From contig JAUQPB010000001.1 of assembly GCA_030550585.1 (NCBI GenBank), positions 448,001-512,000 of the forward strand: 64,000 bases of DNA, written 5' to 3'. The notes beneath the pieces are model-generated. The model saw nothing but the letters and a program-made list of their open reading frames with translations. It was not told the origin of the DNA and did not search any database. Every line of letters starts with the position of its first letter. Position 1 is the stretch's first letter. This DNA comes from Thermoproteota archaeon (lineage in GTDB: Archaea; Thermoproteota; Thermoprotei_A; Sulfolobales; Ignisphaeraceae). The translations under genes and the position numbers were made by a program. This document shows, in pieces, positions 48,575 to 61,224 of this stretch.

Positions 48575-49819
48575 TTGAGCTATAAAGTAAAGGATATGAG
48601 TCTTGCTGAGAGGGGTAAAAAGCAGATTGAATGGGCCCGTATGCACATGCCTGTTTTAAGAATTATTGCAGATGAGTTTAGCAGAGAAAAGCCTTTAAAA
48701 GGTATAAGAATTGCAGCTGTTTTGCATGTTACTAAGGAGACGGCTGTTCTAGTTGAGACATTGGTAGCTGGGGGTGCAGAGGTTTGGCTTGCTGCTAGCA
48801 ATCCGCTCTCTACGCAAGACGATGTTGCAGCAGCGCTAGCTTCTGAGGGGGTTCATGTATATGCTTGGAGAGGTGAAACAGAGGAAGAATACTTCAATGC
48901 AATAAAGACTATTGCTAGTGCAGAGCCGCAGATAGTCATTGATGACGGTGGAGATCTACATGCACATCTTCATAGCGCGGCCCAGGAAATTGCGAAGAAA
49001 GTGTTTGGAGGTACTGAAGAAACTACGACAGGGGTTCATAGGCTAAAGGCCATGGAGAGGCAGGGGATATTGAAGTACCCTGTTATAGCAGTTAACAATG
49101 CGCTAACAAAGTTCATGTTTGATAACAGGTATGGAACTGGTCAAAGTACAATAGATGGTATACTAAGAGCTACAAACATTCTCATAGCTGGTAAGATAGT
49201 TGTTGTTGCCGGCTATGGCTGGGTTGGAAGAGGTATTGCATGGAGGGCCAGAGGAATGGGGGCAAGGGTAATAGTAACAGAGGTCGATCCCATCAGGGCT
49301 CTAGAAGCTGTCATGGATGGGTTTGAGGTTATGAAAATGGATGAGGCAGCTGAAATAGGTGATGTATTTATAACGGCTACTGGAAACATAAATGTTATAA
49401 CGAAAGCTCATTTTGAAAAGATGAAGGATGGAGCGATACTGGCAAATGCAGGCCACTTTGATGTGGAGGTTAGTGTAAAGGACTTGGAGTCGATTGCTAT
49501 TTCAAAAAGAGAGATTAGGGATTGTGTAACAGAGTATGTGTTACCCAATGGGAAAAGGTTTTACCTTCTGGGGAGAGGGAGGCTCGTGAACCTAGTTTGC
49601 GCAGAGGGGCACTCAAGCGAGGTTATGGACATGAGCTTTGCGAACCAAGCATTGGCAGCTAGATACATAGTCGAGAATAGGGGGGTTTTAGAGAGGAAGG
49701 TCTATAACGTGCCACTAGAAATAGATAGGAGGGTAGCAGAGCTAAAGCTGAGATCCATGGGCATAGAAATAGATGTGTTAACAGATGAGCAGAGGAAATA
49801 TTTAGAAAGCTGGATATAG
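48575..49819 (+). CDS. ahcY: Adenosylhomocysteinase
   Basis: [29 protein letters not shown]. Confidence 0.97.
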   Translation: MSYKVKDMSLAERGKKQIEWARMHMPVLRIIADEFSREKPLKGIRIAAVLHVTKETAVLVETLVAGGAEVWLAASNPLSTQDDVAAALASEGVHVYAWRGETEEEYFNAIKTIASAEPQIVIDDGGDLHAHLHSAAQEIAKKVFGGTEETTTGVHRLKAMERQGILKYPVIAVNNALTKFMFDNRYGTGQSTIDGILRATNILIAGKIVVVAGYGWVGRGIAWRARGMGARVIVTEVDPIRALEAVMDGFEVMKMDEAAEIGDVFITATGNINVITKAHFEKMKDGAILANAGHFDVEVSVKDLESIAISKREIRDCVTEYVLPNGKRFYLLGRGRLVNLVCAEGHSSEVMDMSFANQALAARYIVENRGVLERKVYNVPLEIDRRVAELKLRSMGIEIDVLTDEQRKYLESWI

Positions 49820-49827
49820 TCTTAGAA

Positions 49828-50433
49828 TTATCGATTGAATTCCTTGAAATATAATCTGCCAAGCAGTGATGCGATCCTGTCTGCTACATGAAGAGGGTAT
49901 GGATAGAAATAGTATCTGCACAGTTTTTCAAGAATGGTCTCCACAAACTTCATTGGTAAGCCGATGGAGTGGTATCTCAAGTTTGTTTCCCCAATCTTTA
50001 CGACATTGGAGTGTGAATAGATATTCTCTATGATCGAAAATCTATATGTATAATCGGTAAAATGTTTCTTCAAGGCAAAACGAACTCTCTCTAGGTCAAG
50101 TGCATGTCTAAACATGGTTACCACTGGAATAGAATATATATTGTAAATTCTAAGTGGGTCGATGATATTGAACCCTGCATATGTTACACCATCCAGAAAT
50201 ATTGCATCGATCTCATATTTAGAGGTAGCATCTTCAACTATTTCTATGGCTTTTCGAGTTCCGTCTAGCGAATCTATCGTTATATAGTTTAGAAAGACAT
50301 CAACTATTTTATGATTGCATGTTACAGCACCAACTAGAAGTGTTTTTCTTTTTGGCTCTAACCTCTTATAGAGAACGTTGAAATACCCATCATCTATTCC
50401 CAGAAAGCAGTTGTGATACATATGGATCTTCAC
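49828..50433 (-). CDS. DUF99 family (endonuclease V-like / endonuclease dU)
   Basis: [24 protein letters not shown]. Confidence 0.88.
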   Translation of the reverse strand: MKIHMYHNCFLGIDDGYFNVLYKRLEPKRKTLLVGAVTCNHKIVDVFLNYITIDSLDGTRKAIEIVEDATSKYEIDAIFLDGVTYAGFNIIDPLRIYNIYSIPVVTMFRHALDLERVRFALKKHFTDYTYRFSIIENIYSHSNVVKIGETNLRYHSIGLPMKFVETILEKLCRYYFYPYPLHVADRIASLLGRLYFKEFNR

Positions 50434-51619
50434 TAAGCGCTTTTATTACAACATCTTCTGGGACTGCTAGGGATATAACCCTTGTTTTGCCATATCTCCC
50501 CCGGCTTATGACCCTAGCTGTTATTATGCCTGTCATATCTAGCTCACTTAGAATATCGCTAACCCTTCTCTGTGTAACGCTTTCAATCCCTATTTTTGTG
50601 CACAAGGACTTGTAATGGACGTACACCTCCCCCGTTGTCGTTTTTCCATTGCCAGCCTTCGTAAGGTTTAGAATTGCTAGCAAAACAAGCTTGCTATGCA
50701 AAGGCATAGTCGATATGACCTCGCCCGCTCTATCAACCTCTATTTCTCTTAGAGCTTTATACACATGTTCTGTCAAAACCTTCTCGCTCCCTTCTCTCTC
50801 AGCTATCTCTCCAGCAACTCTCAGTAGATCTAGTGCTCTTCTGGCATCTCCATGTTCTCTAGCAGCTAGTGCTGCACAGAGGCTAATAACAGGTTTGTCT
50901 ATAGCACCTTGTTTAAACGCTATTTTCGCACGTCTAGTGAGTATATCCTCCAACTGTACCGCATTGTAAGGTGGGAATACAAGCTCCACTTCGCCTAGGC
51001 TGCTTCTAACCCTTGGATCAATATCTTCAACAAGCTTCAAATCGTTTGTTATTCCAATTATGGCTATCTTCGAGTTGGCCAGTTCATCACTGCTTCTGGT
51101 TAATCTATATAGTATCTCATCACCACTTCTCTTTATCAAGAAATCAATTTCGTCGAGAACAGCGATCATTATAGATGACCTAGAATCCAAAACCTTTAGA
51201 AATCTTCTATATGCTTCTGCAGTAGATATTCCAGTAAATGGCAACTTCAATCCTATACATTCGGCAAGCTTGACCACAACCCTATATGTTGTATCATCTT
51301 GTCTAGTATTGACATAGCATGGAATGATGTCTACGCCAAGCTCGACGGACTTTCCATACAGTCTCTTCAAAACATATTTAGTCACAGCAGTTTTACCTGT
51401 GCCAGTCAACCCATAGATAAACACATTGCTAGGCTTAGAACCCCTTAGTGCCGGTGCAAGTATCGAACCCAGTTTAGCTATTTGCTCCTCTCTATGAGGA
51501 AGCTCATCAGGTATATACTCTGGTCTCAGAACATCTCTATTAACAAATACACTAGATCTAAGCGTATTCACAAAAATCTTGTCAAGCAAATCATTCACAG
51601 CTTCACTCATAACCCTCAA
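50390..51619 (-). CDS. cdc6: Orc1/Cdc6 replication initiator (Orc1-1-like)
   Basis: [26 protein letters not shown] wing SRGRYGKT. Confidence 0.96.
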   Translation of the reverse strand: MRVMSEAVNDLLDKIFVNTLRSSVFVNRDVLRPEYIPDELPHREEQIAKLGSILAPALRGSKPSNVFIYGLTGTGKTAVTKYVLKRLYGKSVELGVDIIPCYVNTRQDDTTYRVVVKLAECIGLKLPFTGISTAEAYRRFLKVLDSRSSIMIAVLDEIDFLIKRSGDEILYRLTRSSDELANSKIAIIGITNDLKLVEDIDPRVRSSLGEVELVFPPYNAVQLEDILTRRAKIAFKQGAIDKPVISLCAALAAREHGDARRALDLLRVAGEIAEREGSEKVLTEHVYKALREIEVDRAGEVISTMPLHSKLVLLAILNLTKAGNGKTTTGEVYVHYKSLCTKIGIESVTQRRVSDILSELDMTGIITARVISRGRYGKTRVISLAVPEDVVIKALSEDPYVSQLLSGNR

Positions 51620-51734
51620 TCACACTACACAAGCTTCACATAATAAAAAATAAATAATCTGTTAATATAATTAAATAGTTGAAAACAGCTTTTTAAGCTG
51701 AGTCATACAAATATCTGTGTTGATTAAATAGGTT

Positions 51735-51810
51735 GGGCCGGTAGCTCAGCTGGAAGAGCGCTCGGTTCGCACCCGAGAGGTCCCGGGTTCGAATCCCGGC
51801 CGGTCCACCA
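51735..51810 (+). tRNA. tRNA-Ala(CGC), CCA encoded
   Basis: G3-U70 pair; anticodon arm CTCGG-TTCGCAC-CCGAG. Confidence 0.97.
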
Positions 51811-51975
51811 AAACAATTCTTATCTTAGATTTTTGTAGCAGAGCTGGTTGCATTAAAACATGCTGAATAACTTTATTAGATCTTACATAGGGTAAAACTT
51901 TAGTCATAGAAATCTAAAAAGGAGTTTACAAAAAGTTGTTGATCTATAAAAAAGGATCTTGTTTTTATTATATCT

Positions 51976-54117
51976 TTATAAACCGAATAGTATTAGCGGT
52001 ATTATTACCGATGATGATACCGCCATCACTTTGATCATAATGTTTATTGCTGGTCCAGCAGCATCCTTTAATGGGTCTCCAACAGTATCTCCAACAACTG
52101 CTGCCTTATGCGTCTCCGTCCCCTTTCCTCCAAAGTTCCCTGCTTCTATGAATTTCTTTGCGTTGTCCCAAGTGTTTCCAACGTTTCCTTGGAATAGGCC
52201 GAGTAGTAGTCCAGAACCTATAGAACCGGTTAGCAACCCTCCGAGTATTGCCGCACCCTTCCATACATCACCGCTTGCAGGTCCTACTAAGGCTATGATT
52301 ATCGGCATTATTATTGCTAATAATCCTGGTGCTATCAACCTTCTCAAAGCATAGAATGTTACTATCTGTACCGCTCTTTCATAGTCTGGTCTCTCTTTCC
52401 ATTCTAGGATACCTGGCTTCTCCCTAAACTGTCTTCTAATCTCATCAACGAGCCTTCCAGCAGCTGCTGTAACAGCTTGTATAACCATTGCAACGAATAG
52501 AGCTACTGCTACGACACCTATTATTATCCCTCCTATGAAGTAGGCTCCATATTCTGGGTGCCCAGCATTAAATATGGTTTGCATGACCTTGTCTACTCCA
52601 AGATTACTTCTACTCGATAGTACGCTTGCAAAGCTGAAGAGCAATGCTAGTGCTGTTAGAGCTGCAGAGCCTATTGCATATCCCTTCGATATAGATTTCA
52701 TGGTGTTTCCAGCAGAGTCAAGCATGTCTGCAAGCGACCTTACATCTTCTTCATAGCCTGCTTGCTCAGCTAAGCCTGCTGTATTGTCGACTATTGGGCC
52801 GTAGGCATCAGCCGCGACAACTATTGGGGCTGTGGCAAGCATTCCCGTACCTGCTAGCGCAGCTGAGTATATTCCTGCCAACAGCTTTTCTGATGTGCTT
52901 AGCGTAGAGCCTATGGCATATGACCCTATGGCTGCCAACGCTATTGCGACGCTAGGTATGAATGTGCTGTAGAACCCCATGGATAGGCCACTTAGAATTG
53001 TTAGCGCTGGTCCGAACTGCGAGTTTTGGGCAACTATTTTGACTGGTCTGTACATTGGTGAGGTGAAGTAGTCTGAGGTGAATCCAACTATAGCACCAGC
53101 GATTAGCCCTAGCACCCCCACTATGAATGCTGGTGAAATAGATGGTGCTAAAGCATAGGTGATTATACCGTTTATCACAGCTGCGCCAATTATAGATAGA
53201 ATAGATGTTGTTGTCAATGTTCTTCCAGGTTGTTTGAATGGTGATATTGAGACGAATTGTGCTATCGCTATTGATGCTAGAAGAGCCGTAGCACTAAACA
53301 GAACTGGGTACGCCACTAAATCAAGGTTTCCAAGCACAGCAGCTATAGCCATTGGCGCTATCATGCCCTCTACATATGATTCGAATAGGTCTGCACCCAT
53401 TCCAGCACAGTCACCAACATTATCACCAACATTATCTGCAATAACACCTGGGTTCCTAGGATCATCTTCTGGTATCCCAACCTCAACCTTGCCAACAAGG
53501 TCTGCACCAACATCAGCAGCCTTTGTGTATATACCTCCGCCAACTCTAGCAAAGAGCGCAGCTGTGCTAGCACCAAAGGCATATCCTAGCAATATCTGTG
53601 TAACGTTTACAGGATCTGAAAACCCATTCAATGCTATGAAAAGCCCTGCTGTACCCAAAAGACCTATTCCACCAACTAGAAAACCTGTCACAGACCCGCC
53701 TCTAAATGCCAATGCTAGTGCATCTTTTAGACCCCTCCTAATAAGCATATTTAAAACTCTGATATTGCTGAGAACACCCATGAGCATACCGACAATGCTA
53801 ACCGTAGCAGAGCTCAGCCCTCCAAGGAAATACGCTACACCGGTCCATAGCACCAGACTACTGCCGGTAACCACTCCTATAACTATCAAAATTACTGACA
53901 CTATTGAAATTATGGAGAGTATTACAGTGTACTGAGCCTTTATATAGGCAATAGAAGCACTCTTTATATAGCCGTGTATCTGGGCAGCTCTTTTGCTTTT
54001 TTCATCGTCCTCCAAAATTTTAAGCCTTGTTATGTACACTATCAAACCGATGACATATAAAACACCTATTACTCCTGATATCAATCCAAGCCACATGCTC
54101 GTCTCAACTAGTGTCAT
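51976..54117 (-). CDS. hppA: Membrane-integral pyrophosphatase, predicted K+-independent H+-pump
   Basis: DVGADLVGKVE, DNVGDNVGD, GDTVGDPLKD; GNTMK has Lys at the K+-dependence position. Confidence 0.94.
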   Translation of the reverse strand: MTLVETSMWLGLISGVIGVLYVIGLIVYITRLKILEDDEKSKRAAQIHGYIKSASIAYIKAQYTVILSIISIVSVILIVIGVVTGSSLVLWTGVAYFLGGLSSATVSIVGMLMGVLSNIRVLNMLIRRGLKDALALAFRGGSVTGFLVGGIGLLGTAGLFIALNGFSDPVNVTQILLGYAFGASTAALFARVGGGIYTKAADVGADLVGKVEVGIPEDDPRNPGVIADNVGDNVGDCAGMGADLFESYVEGMIAPMAIAAVLGNLDLVAYPVLFSATALLASIAIAQFVSISPFKQPGRTLTTTSILSIIGAAVINGIITYALAPSISPAFIVGVLGLIAGAIVGFTSDYFTSPMYRPVKIVAQNSQFGPALTILSGLSMGFYSTFIPSVAIALAAIGSYAIGSTLSTSEKLLAGIYSAALAGTGMLATAPIVVAADAYGPIVDNTAGLAEQAGYEEDVRSLADMLDSAGNTMKSISKGYAIGSAALTALALLFSFASVLSSRSNLGVDKVMQTIFNAGHPEYGAYFIGGIIIGVVAVALFVAMVIQAVTAAAGRLVDEIRRQFREKPGILEWKERPDYERAVQIVTFYALRRLIAPGLLAIIMPIIIALVGPASGDVWKGAAILGGLLTGSIGSGLLLGLFQGNVGNTWDNAKKFIEAGNFGGKGTETHKAAVVGDTVGDPLKDAAGPAINIMIKVMAVSSSVIIPLILFGL

Positions 54118-54629
54118 TACTCGCTACCCCCAAGCTTCATTAATTTGAGATTTGGTTAAGATTTTTCAATATTAAAACCTTGTCTATATACAAGTATACA
54201 CTATAATATAAAACATACCAATGTTACAAACTTTCATCATTTTGTAGCAATCCAGCTCCAATACAATAAAACGACAAACTTTGATGTAATAGGCCATAGA
54301 CTCAAGATTTGTTAATGTAGCATCTTCTATAGCAATGAAAGCGCAAATGTTTGACATGGATGCTAATGATAGAATGGTGAAGGGATGTATTAGCAAGTTC
54401 CTTGTATATCTAGGTGCTACAGTCCTTTGCCATGCTGTTAAAGTGTAGTGTGTTCTCACAAGATTCTTGTAATCTTCTACCGGGAGGGCTCTTCAACATT
54501 TCTTCTACATCTATCCAAGAGCATATTCATTACTGATGTTTGTTGAAAACGTGGAAAATAGTAGTCGTAGAAGCGCATTTTATATGGACGCAAAGAGAAC
54601 GGTGCAGATGGTGTGTATATGTGTGGTTG

Positions 54630-54706
54630 TGGCGGGCCCGCCGGGATTTGAACCCGGGACCTACGGGTTAAAAGCCCGCCGCTCTACCTAGCTGAGCTAC
54701 GGGCCC
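54630..54706 (-). tRNA. tRNA-Lys(TTT), CCA encoded
   Basis: GGGCCCG...CGGGCCC-GCCA; anticodon loop CTTTTAA. Confidence 0.97.
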
Positions 54707-54826
54707 TTTCGAATCTTCGAGAGCTATTCTATGTGGTGCTGTGTTTAAAAGGTTTATATGCTTCTTTTCCAGAGTTGAGCTTATAAGCAGTATTTTGAAG
54801 TAATCTATCTCACACTCTATGTTTTT

Positions 54827-55108
54827 ATGCTGTTTTTGGTGTGGTTAATGCCTGGAAAAAGATCTTTACAGGATTTGAGCAAGGTTTTGGAGCATGAGCT
54901 TGTGCCAAAGCATGAGGTTTTAAGTGTTGAAGAAGGTTTAGAGATACTGCGAAGATATGGTATTAAACCGGAGCAATTGCCTTGGCTTCGAGCAAGCGAT
55001 CCTGTAGCAAGAGCTATTGGTGCTAAGCCTGGGGATATAGTAAGGATATATAGGAGGAGTCCAACAGCAGGCGAAATAGTTGTCTATAGATATGTTGTTC
55101 CTGGGTAG
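54827..55108 (+). CDS. rpoH: RNA polymerase subunit H (Rpo5)
   Basis: [14 protein letters not shown]...DPVA. Confidence 0.96.
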   Translation: MLFLVWLMPGKRSLQDLSKVLEHELVPKHEVLSVEEGLEILRRYGIKPEQLPWLRASDPVARAIGAKPGDIVRIYRRSPTAGEIVVYRYVVPG

Positions 55109-55114
55109 ATCCAT

Positions 55115-58100
55115 ATGAGCAGCATATCCATACTAGATAAGGGCGATGTCCATGCTTCGCTAGGTCCAATACCGCAGCCGCATCCACAATCAAAAATTCT
55201 TTCACCAGATGACAGATGGGCTATAATAGAGGCTTTTATAAAGGAGAAGGGTATTACAAAGCATCATATAGAATCCTATAACACGTTTTTAGAGAGAACA
55301 TTAAGAGAAATAATAATGGAGGAGCCGATCATAGAAACTTCAATTCCCGGCTATAAACTCGTTATAAAAGACTTTAGACTAGGTGAGCCACAGGTAAGAG
55401 AAGTTGATGGGAGTATAAATAGAAACATAACGCCTATGGAATGCAGACACAGAGATCTAACATATGCTATACCAATATACCTAACAATAGTTCCTATAGA
55501 AAACAATGTTGCTGGAGCACCTGTTGAAGTTATGATAGGAGAAATACCCCTCATGGTCAAGTCGAGTAGGGATCCGATAACGAAGCTTAGTGAGGAGGAT
55601 CTTATTAAGATAGGTGAGGATCCAAGAGATCCTGGAGGATATTTCATAATAGATGGTACAGAAAGGATAATTGTTGCTCAGGAAGATCTAGCGCCAAACA
55701 GGGTTATAGTCGACTATGGTCAAGAGGGTCTAAATATTACCCATACAGCAAAGGTGATATCATCTACAACAGGTTTTAGAGTGCCTGTGATTCTTGACAG
55801 GCATAAGGATGGCACTTTACACATCTCATTTCCAGCAGTTCCAGGTAAAATACCGTTTGTTGTTATGATGCGAGCACTTGGAATGGAGACTGACAGAGAC
55901 ATTGCATTGGCTGTATCTCCCGACCCAGATATACAGAAGGAGCTATTTGCATCTTTTGTTCAAGCAAGTGATATTGCAACAGTCGATGATGCTTTAGACT
56001 ACATAGGTTCTAGGGTTGCAATAGGACAGGTAAGAGAGAGTAGAATTGAAAGAGCTAAGTATATACTTGATCACTATTTCCTCCCCCACCTGGGGACCAG
56101 ACCCGAGGATAGGGTAAAGAAAGCTCTCTTCCTAGGGCAAATGGCATGCAAATTAATAGAGTTTGTCTTGGGGAGAAGACCTGCCGATGACAAAGATCAT
56201 TATGCCAACAAGAGGATAAGGCTTGCTGGGGATATGCTAGCACTTCTGTTTAGAGTTGCTTTCAAAGCATTTCTAAGAGATCTGAGATACCAGGTTGAGA
56301 GAGCGAAGGTTAAGGAGAGAAGGGTGAACATAGGGCTATATGTTAGAAGCGACATTATTACAGAGAGAATTAGGCATGCTATGGCAACTGGCACATGGAT
56401 TGGTGGAAGAACAGGCGTAAGCCAGATAATAGACAGAACAAACTGGCTGTCATCGCTAAGCCATATGAGAAGAGTTATCTCGCCATTAAGTAGAAGCCAA
56501 CCCCATTTCGAGGCTAGAGATCTACATGGCACACAGTTTGGAAGGCTATGCCCATTCGAAACGCCTGAAGGGCCTAACTGCGGGCTTGTCAAAAACCTTG
56601 CACTAATGGTTACAATATCTGTTGGTGTACCTGAAGAGGAGGTGCTAAATGCCTTATATTCGCTAGGACTGATGCCACTTATAGAGGTTTTCAACAAGCT
56701 TAGAAACAATGAGCTAGACTATGAGACTGTGTCTAAGTGGAGTAAGGTTTATTTAAATGGAACATTAGTAGGTTATGTTGCTGATGGAGAAACATTTGTC
56801 AAGACTATCAGGGATCTGAGAAGAGCTGGGAAAATAAGTTATGAGGTTAATGTAGCTCACTACAAGACTCAATACATAAATGAGGTTTACATCAACTGTG
56901 ATTCTGGCAGAATGCTCAGACCGCTTCTCATAGTTGAGAATGGAAGATTAAAGATATCAAAAGAACATATAGAAAGGATTAGAAATGGAGAGCCTTTCGA
57001 AATTCTGTTGAAAGAGGGAGTTGTCGAGCTATTGGATCCAGAAGAAGAGGAGAATGCGCTAATAGCGGTTAACCCAGAGGATATAACCGAGGAGACAACA
57101 CATGTTGAGATATGGCCTCCTGCTATAATGGGTGTCTCAGCATCTACAATACCATATGCTGAGCATAACCAGTCCCCTAGAAACGCATACCAATCAGCTA
57201 TGGCTAAACAGGCCCTAGGTTTCTATATGGCTAACTTCCTGCTCAGGGTTGATACAAGATCACATATATTGCACTATCCACAAGTGCCACTCGTCCAAAC
57301 AAGAGCTCTCTCAATAATAGGATACAACGATAGGCCCTCTGGTCAAAACATGGTTGTAGCTGTAATGAGCTATACCGGTTACAATATGGAAGATGCAATA
57401 ATAATGAATAAATCGTCTGTAGATAGAGGGCTTGCAAGGTCGAACTTCTTCAGACTGTATTCAACCGAGGAACTCAAGTATCCGGGCGGTCAAGAGGATA
57501 GGATTGAAATTCCAGATACAAAGGTTATAGGTTATCGGGGCAAGGAGGCATACACAAAACTTGAAGAGGATGGAATGGCAAAGGTCGAGGCAATGGTTAG
57601 AGGAGGCGAGGCTGTTATAGGAAAGACAAGCCCACCAAGATTTGTAGAAGAGTTTAGAGGTTATGGAATTCTAGCACAGAGAAGAAAAGATTCTTCTGTA
57701 ACTGTTAGACATGGTGAGGTTGGGTGGGTTGACGCAGTATTCATATCGACATCTGCTGAGGGCCACAGAATAGTGAAGGTGAAGGTAAGGGACCTTAGAA
57801 TACCTGAGATAGGGGATAAGTTTGCTTCGAGACATGGACAGAAGGGTGTAATAGGAGCTCTAATACCACAATACGACATGCCATTTACAGCAGATGGGAT
57901 AACACCAGATATAATAATCAATCCACATGCGCTACCATCTAGAATGACCTTGGGTCAGCTTATGGAGAGTATAGCTGGTAAAGTAGCTGCACTAAGAGGT
58001 AGGTTTGTCGATGGCACACCATTTTATGAGGAGAGCATAGAGGATTTGAAGAAGCAGTTGTTCGTGTTTGGATATCCAATGGATGGGACAGAGCCTATGT

Positions 58101-58564
58101 ATGATGGTAGGACAGGAGAGCTTATAGGAAATCCAATATTTATTGGGATAGTCTATTACCAGAAGCTTCATCATATGGTTGCAGACAAGATACATGCAAG
58201 GCCGAAGGGTCCTGTGCAGCTTTTGACTAGACAGCCTACGGAAGGTAGGGCAAGAGAGGGTGGGTTGAGGTTTGGTGAGATGGAGAGAGATGCGATAATA
58301 GGCCACGGAGCCTCGGCATTATTGAGAGAGAGAATGCTTGATAGCTCGGATAAGACTATCATCTATGTTTGTGAGCTCTGCGGTTTTATTGGATGGTATA
58401 ACAAGAAGAGGGAGGTATATGAATGTCCAATACATGGTGATAAGGGTGTGCTACACCCGGTGGCGGTTCCATATGCATTTAAGCTATTAATCCAGGAGAT
58501 GATGAGCATGGGTATTAAACCAAGACTAATTTTATCAGATAAACATGAGAAATACGCTATATGA
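55115..58564 (+). CDS. rpoB: RNA polymerase subunit B (Rpo2, unsplit)
   Basis: ETPEG, GDKFASRHGQKG, RFGEMERD. Confidence 0.98.
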   Translation: MSSISILDKGDVHASLGPIPQPHPQSKILSPDDRWAIIEAFIKEKGITKHHIESYNTFLERTLREIIMEEPIIETSIPGYKLVIKDFRLGEPQVREVDGSINRNITPMECRHRDLTYAIPIYLTIVPIENNVAGAPVEVMIGEIPLMVKSSRDPITKLSEEDLIKIGEDPRDPGGYFIIDGTERIIVAQEDLAPNRVIVDYGQEGLNITHTAKVISSTTGFRVPVILDRHKDGTLHISFPAVPGKIPFVVMMRALGMETDRDIALAVSPDPDIQKELFASFVQASDIATVDDALDYIGSRVAIGQVRESRIERAKYILDHYFLPHLGTRPEDRVKKALFLGQMACKLIEFVLGRRPADDKDHYANKRIRLAGDMLALLFRVAFKAFLRDLRYQVERAKVKERRVNIGLYVRSDIITERIRHAMATGTWIGGRTGVSQIIDRTNWLSSLSHMRRVISPLSRSQPHFEARDLHGTQFGRLCPFETPEGPNCGLVKNLALMVTISVGVPEEEVLNALYSLGLMPLIEVFNKLRNNELDYETVSKWSKVYLNGTLVGYVADGETFVKTIRDLRRAGKISYEVNVAHYKTQYINEVYINCDSGRMLRPLLIVENGRLKISKEHIERIRNGEPFEILLKEGVVELLDPEEEENALIAVNPEDITEETTHVEIWPPAIMGVSASTIPYAEHNQSPRNAYQSAMAKQALGFYMANFLLRVDTRSHILHYPQVPLVQTRALSIIGYNDRPSGQNMVVAVMSYTGYNMEDAIIMNKSSVDRGLARSNFFRLYSTEELKYPGGQEDRIEIPDTKVIGYRGKEAYTKLEEDGMAKVEAMVRGGEAVIGKTSPPRFVEEFRGYGILAQRRKDSSVTVRHGEVGWVDAVFISTSAEGHRIVKVKVRDLRIPEIGDKFASRHGQKGVIGALIPQYDMPFTADGITPDIIINPHALPSRMTLGQLMESIAGKVAALRGRFVDGTPFYEESIEDLKKQLFVFGYPMDGTEPMYDGRTGELIGNPIFIGIVYYQKLHHMVADKIHARPKGPVQLLTRQPTEGRAREGGLRFGEMERDAIIGHGASALLRERMLDSSDKTIIYVCELCGFIGWYNKKREVYECPIHGDKGVLHPVAVPYAFKLLIQEMMSMGIKPRLILSDKHEKYAI

Positions 58565-58575
58565 GGTGAGGATAT

Positions 58576-61224
58576 GTGAGTGAGGAGAAGATTGTATCGG
58601 GGATAAAGTTCGGCATTCTATCTCCAGATGAGATAAGAAAAATGTCTGTTGTCCAGGTAACATCCCCTGAAACTTATGAAGAGGATGGAACGCCTAGAGC
58701 ACATTCAGTTATGGATTATAGACTAGGTGCCATAGAGCCTGGGCAGGTGTGTCCAGTATGTGGCAATACTATAAAGGGGTGTCCAGGACATTTTGGTCAT
58801 ATAGAATTGGCAGTTCCTATAATAAATGTCTTGTTTGTTAAGCACATACATGAGTTGCTCAAGGCGACATGCCCAAAATGTGGCAGGCTAAAGATTTCGC
58901 CACAAGCGTTTGAAAGATATAGAAAATATCTTGCAAAACTTAAGGATAGATACCCCTATTTAGCAAGGCTCTTCACCGAATATATCAAGAGGCAGGCAAT
59001 GAAAGCAACTGTTTGTCCGTATTGTGGGGCTAAACAGCCGAAGATAAAGCTTGAGAAGCCCACAACTTTCATAGAGCAGTACCCAGATTCAAAGGATACC
59101 ATAAGGCTCAATGCTAGAGAGGTTAGGAAGAGGTTAGAGGCTATACCGAATGAAGATCTAGAGTTGCTGGGCTATGACCCTAGGGATGCGAGACCGGAGT
59201 GGATGGTGTTTACAGCTTTTCCAGTTCCGCCAACATCTATCAGACCTTCGATACTAATTGAAACAGGTATTAGATCAGAAGACGATTTAACACACAAACT
59301 AGTGGATATTGTTAGAACAAATGAGAGGCTAAGAGAGCACATTGCATCAGGGGCGCCAGAGATCATAATTGATGATCTCTGGGAGTTGCTCCAATATCAT
59401 GTCACAACATATCTAGATAACGAGGTTCCCGGCATCCCCCCAGCTAAACACAGATCTGGAAGACCCCTCAAGACATTGGCACAAAGACTGAGGGGAAAGG
59501 AGGGAAGGTTCAGAGGCAATCTATCAGGTAAAAGGGTGGACTACTCAGCTAGAACTGTGATTAGCCCAGACCCATATCTAAGCATAAACGAGGTTGGTGT
59601 ACCCATAGACGTTGCAAAAATTTTGACCGTGCCTGAGAGAGTTAATGAGTGGAACATTGATGAGCTGAGGAGATATGTGATTAATGGACCGTTTAAATGG
59701 CCTGGTGCAAACTATGTTGTAACACCAGATGGTAGAAGAATTGATTTGAGATATGTGAGAGACAGGAAAAGCGTTGCAGAGTCTCTTGCCCCTGGATACA
59801 TTGTTGAGAGGCATCTTAAGGACGGCGATATAGTATTGTTTAACAGGCAGCCATCGCTTCACAGAATGTCTATGATGGGCCACGTGGTAAAGGTCTTGCC
59901 GGGCAGAACATTCAGATTACACTTATCTGTTTGCCCACCTTACAACGCGGATTTTGATGGAGATGAAATGAATTTGCATGTACCTCAAACAGAAGATGCG
60001 AGGGCCGAGGCAAGAACTCTGCTAAAGGTTCAGAACCACATTCTTACACCCAGATACGGAGGTGTTATAATAGGGGCCATACAAGACTATATAAGCGGCG
60101 CCTATGTCCTCACAATAAAGTCTACACTACTTGAGAAAGAAGAGGTCATAGAGCTCTTGGCAGCAGCAGGTGTTGTTAAAGAGCCTCCGGAACCAGCAAT
60201 TCTGTCACCAAGAAAGCTGTGGACAGGAAAACAGATTGTAAGCATGTTCCTGCCAGAGGACTTTAACTTCCATGGAAAAGCAAACATCTCATCAGGTCCT
60301 CTAAGATGTGATGACATCAACTGTTTCTGGGACTCGTACGTCGTTGTTAGACAGGGCAAGCTTCTTTTAGGGGTCTTAGACAAGAAGACCATTGGTGCTG
60401 AGCAACAGGATAGCGTTTTGTACTGGCTTGCCAAAGAGTATGGAGTCGAAGTAGCAGCAGCTTTTATGGACAAGCTGTTCAGATTGTTTATAAGGGTATT
60501 GGAACGGAAGGGCTTTACGCTAAGACTAGACGATGTGGCAGTAAGTGAAGATGTGCAGACACAAATTTTGAACCTGTTGAGTGAGGCATTTGAAAAGGTA
60601 AGAAACCTTGTTGAGCAGTACTCTAGAGGAACACTTGAGGTTGTTCCTGGGAGATCATTAGAGGAGAGCTTGGAGATAAGGATTTTGGAGGTTCTTGCAG
60701 AAGCGAGAGACAAGGCAGGTGAGGTGGCGGTATCGTCGCTTAACCCATTTAACTATGCGTTTATTATGGCAAGAACAGGTGCAAGAGGAAATGTATTGAA
60801 TTTAACGCAAATGGCTGCTACACTAGGTCAGATGACAGTGCGTGGTGAGAGGATATGGCGCGGATACATGGGCAGGCCATTGCCACACTTCAAACGTGAT
60901 GATCTAGGCGCTATTGCGAGAGGGTTTGTTGTGAATAGCTTCTTCAGAGGTTTGTCGGTTACGGAAATGTTTATGCATGCTGCAGGTGGTAGGGAGGGTC
61001 TGGTTGATACTGCTGTAAGAACGTCGCAAAGTGGTTATATGCAGCGCAGATTGGTCAACGCTTTGATGGATCTTTATATTGCCTACGACAATACGGTTAG
61101 AGACTCTTCCGGGTCTATAATACAGTTTGCTTATGGCGAGGATATGGCAGATCCTTCAAAGGCTCCTCACGGTAAGATAGTAAATGTTGAGAGAATTGTT
61201 GAGAGGGTCTTGGGTGAGATCTAA
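58576..61224 (+). CDS. rpoA1: RNA polymerase subunit A' (Rpo1N)
   Basis: [11 protein letters not shown]. Confidence 0.98.
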   Translation: MSEEKIVSGIKFGILSPDEIRKMSVVQVTSPETYEEDGTPRAHSVMDYRLGAIEPGQVCPVCGNTIKGCPGHFGHIELAVPIINVLFVKHIHELLKATCPKCGRLKISPQAFERYRKYLAKLKDRYPYLARLFTEYIKRQAMKATVCPYCGAKQPKIKLEKPTTFIEQYPDSKDTIRLNAREVRKRLEAIPNEDLELLGYDPRDARPEWMVFTAFPVPPTSIRPSILIETGIRSEDDLTHKLVDIVRTNERLREHIASGAPEIIIDDLWELLQYHVTTYLDNEVPGIPPAKHRSGRPLKTLAQRLRGKEGRFRGNLSGKRVDYSARTVISPDPYLSINEVGVPIDVAKILTVPERVNEWNIDELRRYVINGPFKWPGANYVVTPDGRRIDLRYVRDRKSVAESLAPGYIVERHLKDGDIVLFNRQPSLHRMSMMGHVVKVLPGRTFRLHLSVCPPYNADFDGDEMNLHVPQTEDARAEARTLLKVQNHILTPRYGGVIIGAIQDYISGAYVLTIKSTLLEKEEVIELLAAAGVVKEPPEPAILSPRKLWTGKQIVSMFLPEDFNFHGKANISSGPLRCDDINCFWDSYVVVRQGKLLLGVLDKKTIGAEQQDSVLYWLAKEYGVEVAAAFMDKLFRLFIRVLERKGFTLRLDDVAVSEDVQTQILNLLSEAFEKVRNLVEQYSRGTLEVVPGRSLEESLEIRILEVLAEARDKAGEVAVSSLNPFNYAFIMARTGARGNVLNLTQMAATLGQMTVRGERIWRGYMGRPLPHFKRDDLGAIARGFVVNSFFRGLSVTEMFMHAAGGREGLVDTAVRTSQSGYMQRRLVNALMDLYIAYDNTVRDSSGSIIQFAYGEDMADPSKAPHGKIVNVERIVERVLGEI

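Noticed and set aside
51895-51930. Weak ORB-like GTCATAGAAATCTAAAAAGGAGT near cdc6
   Set aside because: Single degenerate copy without a G-string or inverted partner.
53159-53935. 258-aa plus-strand ORF
   Set aside because: Antisense shadow of hppA.
54184-54459. 91-aa minus-strand ORF
   Set aside because: No SD, motifs or protein-like composition; cannot be supported.
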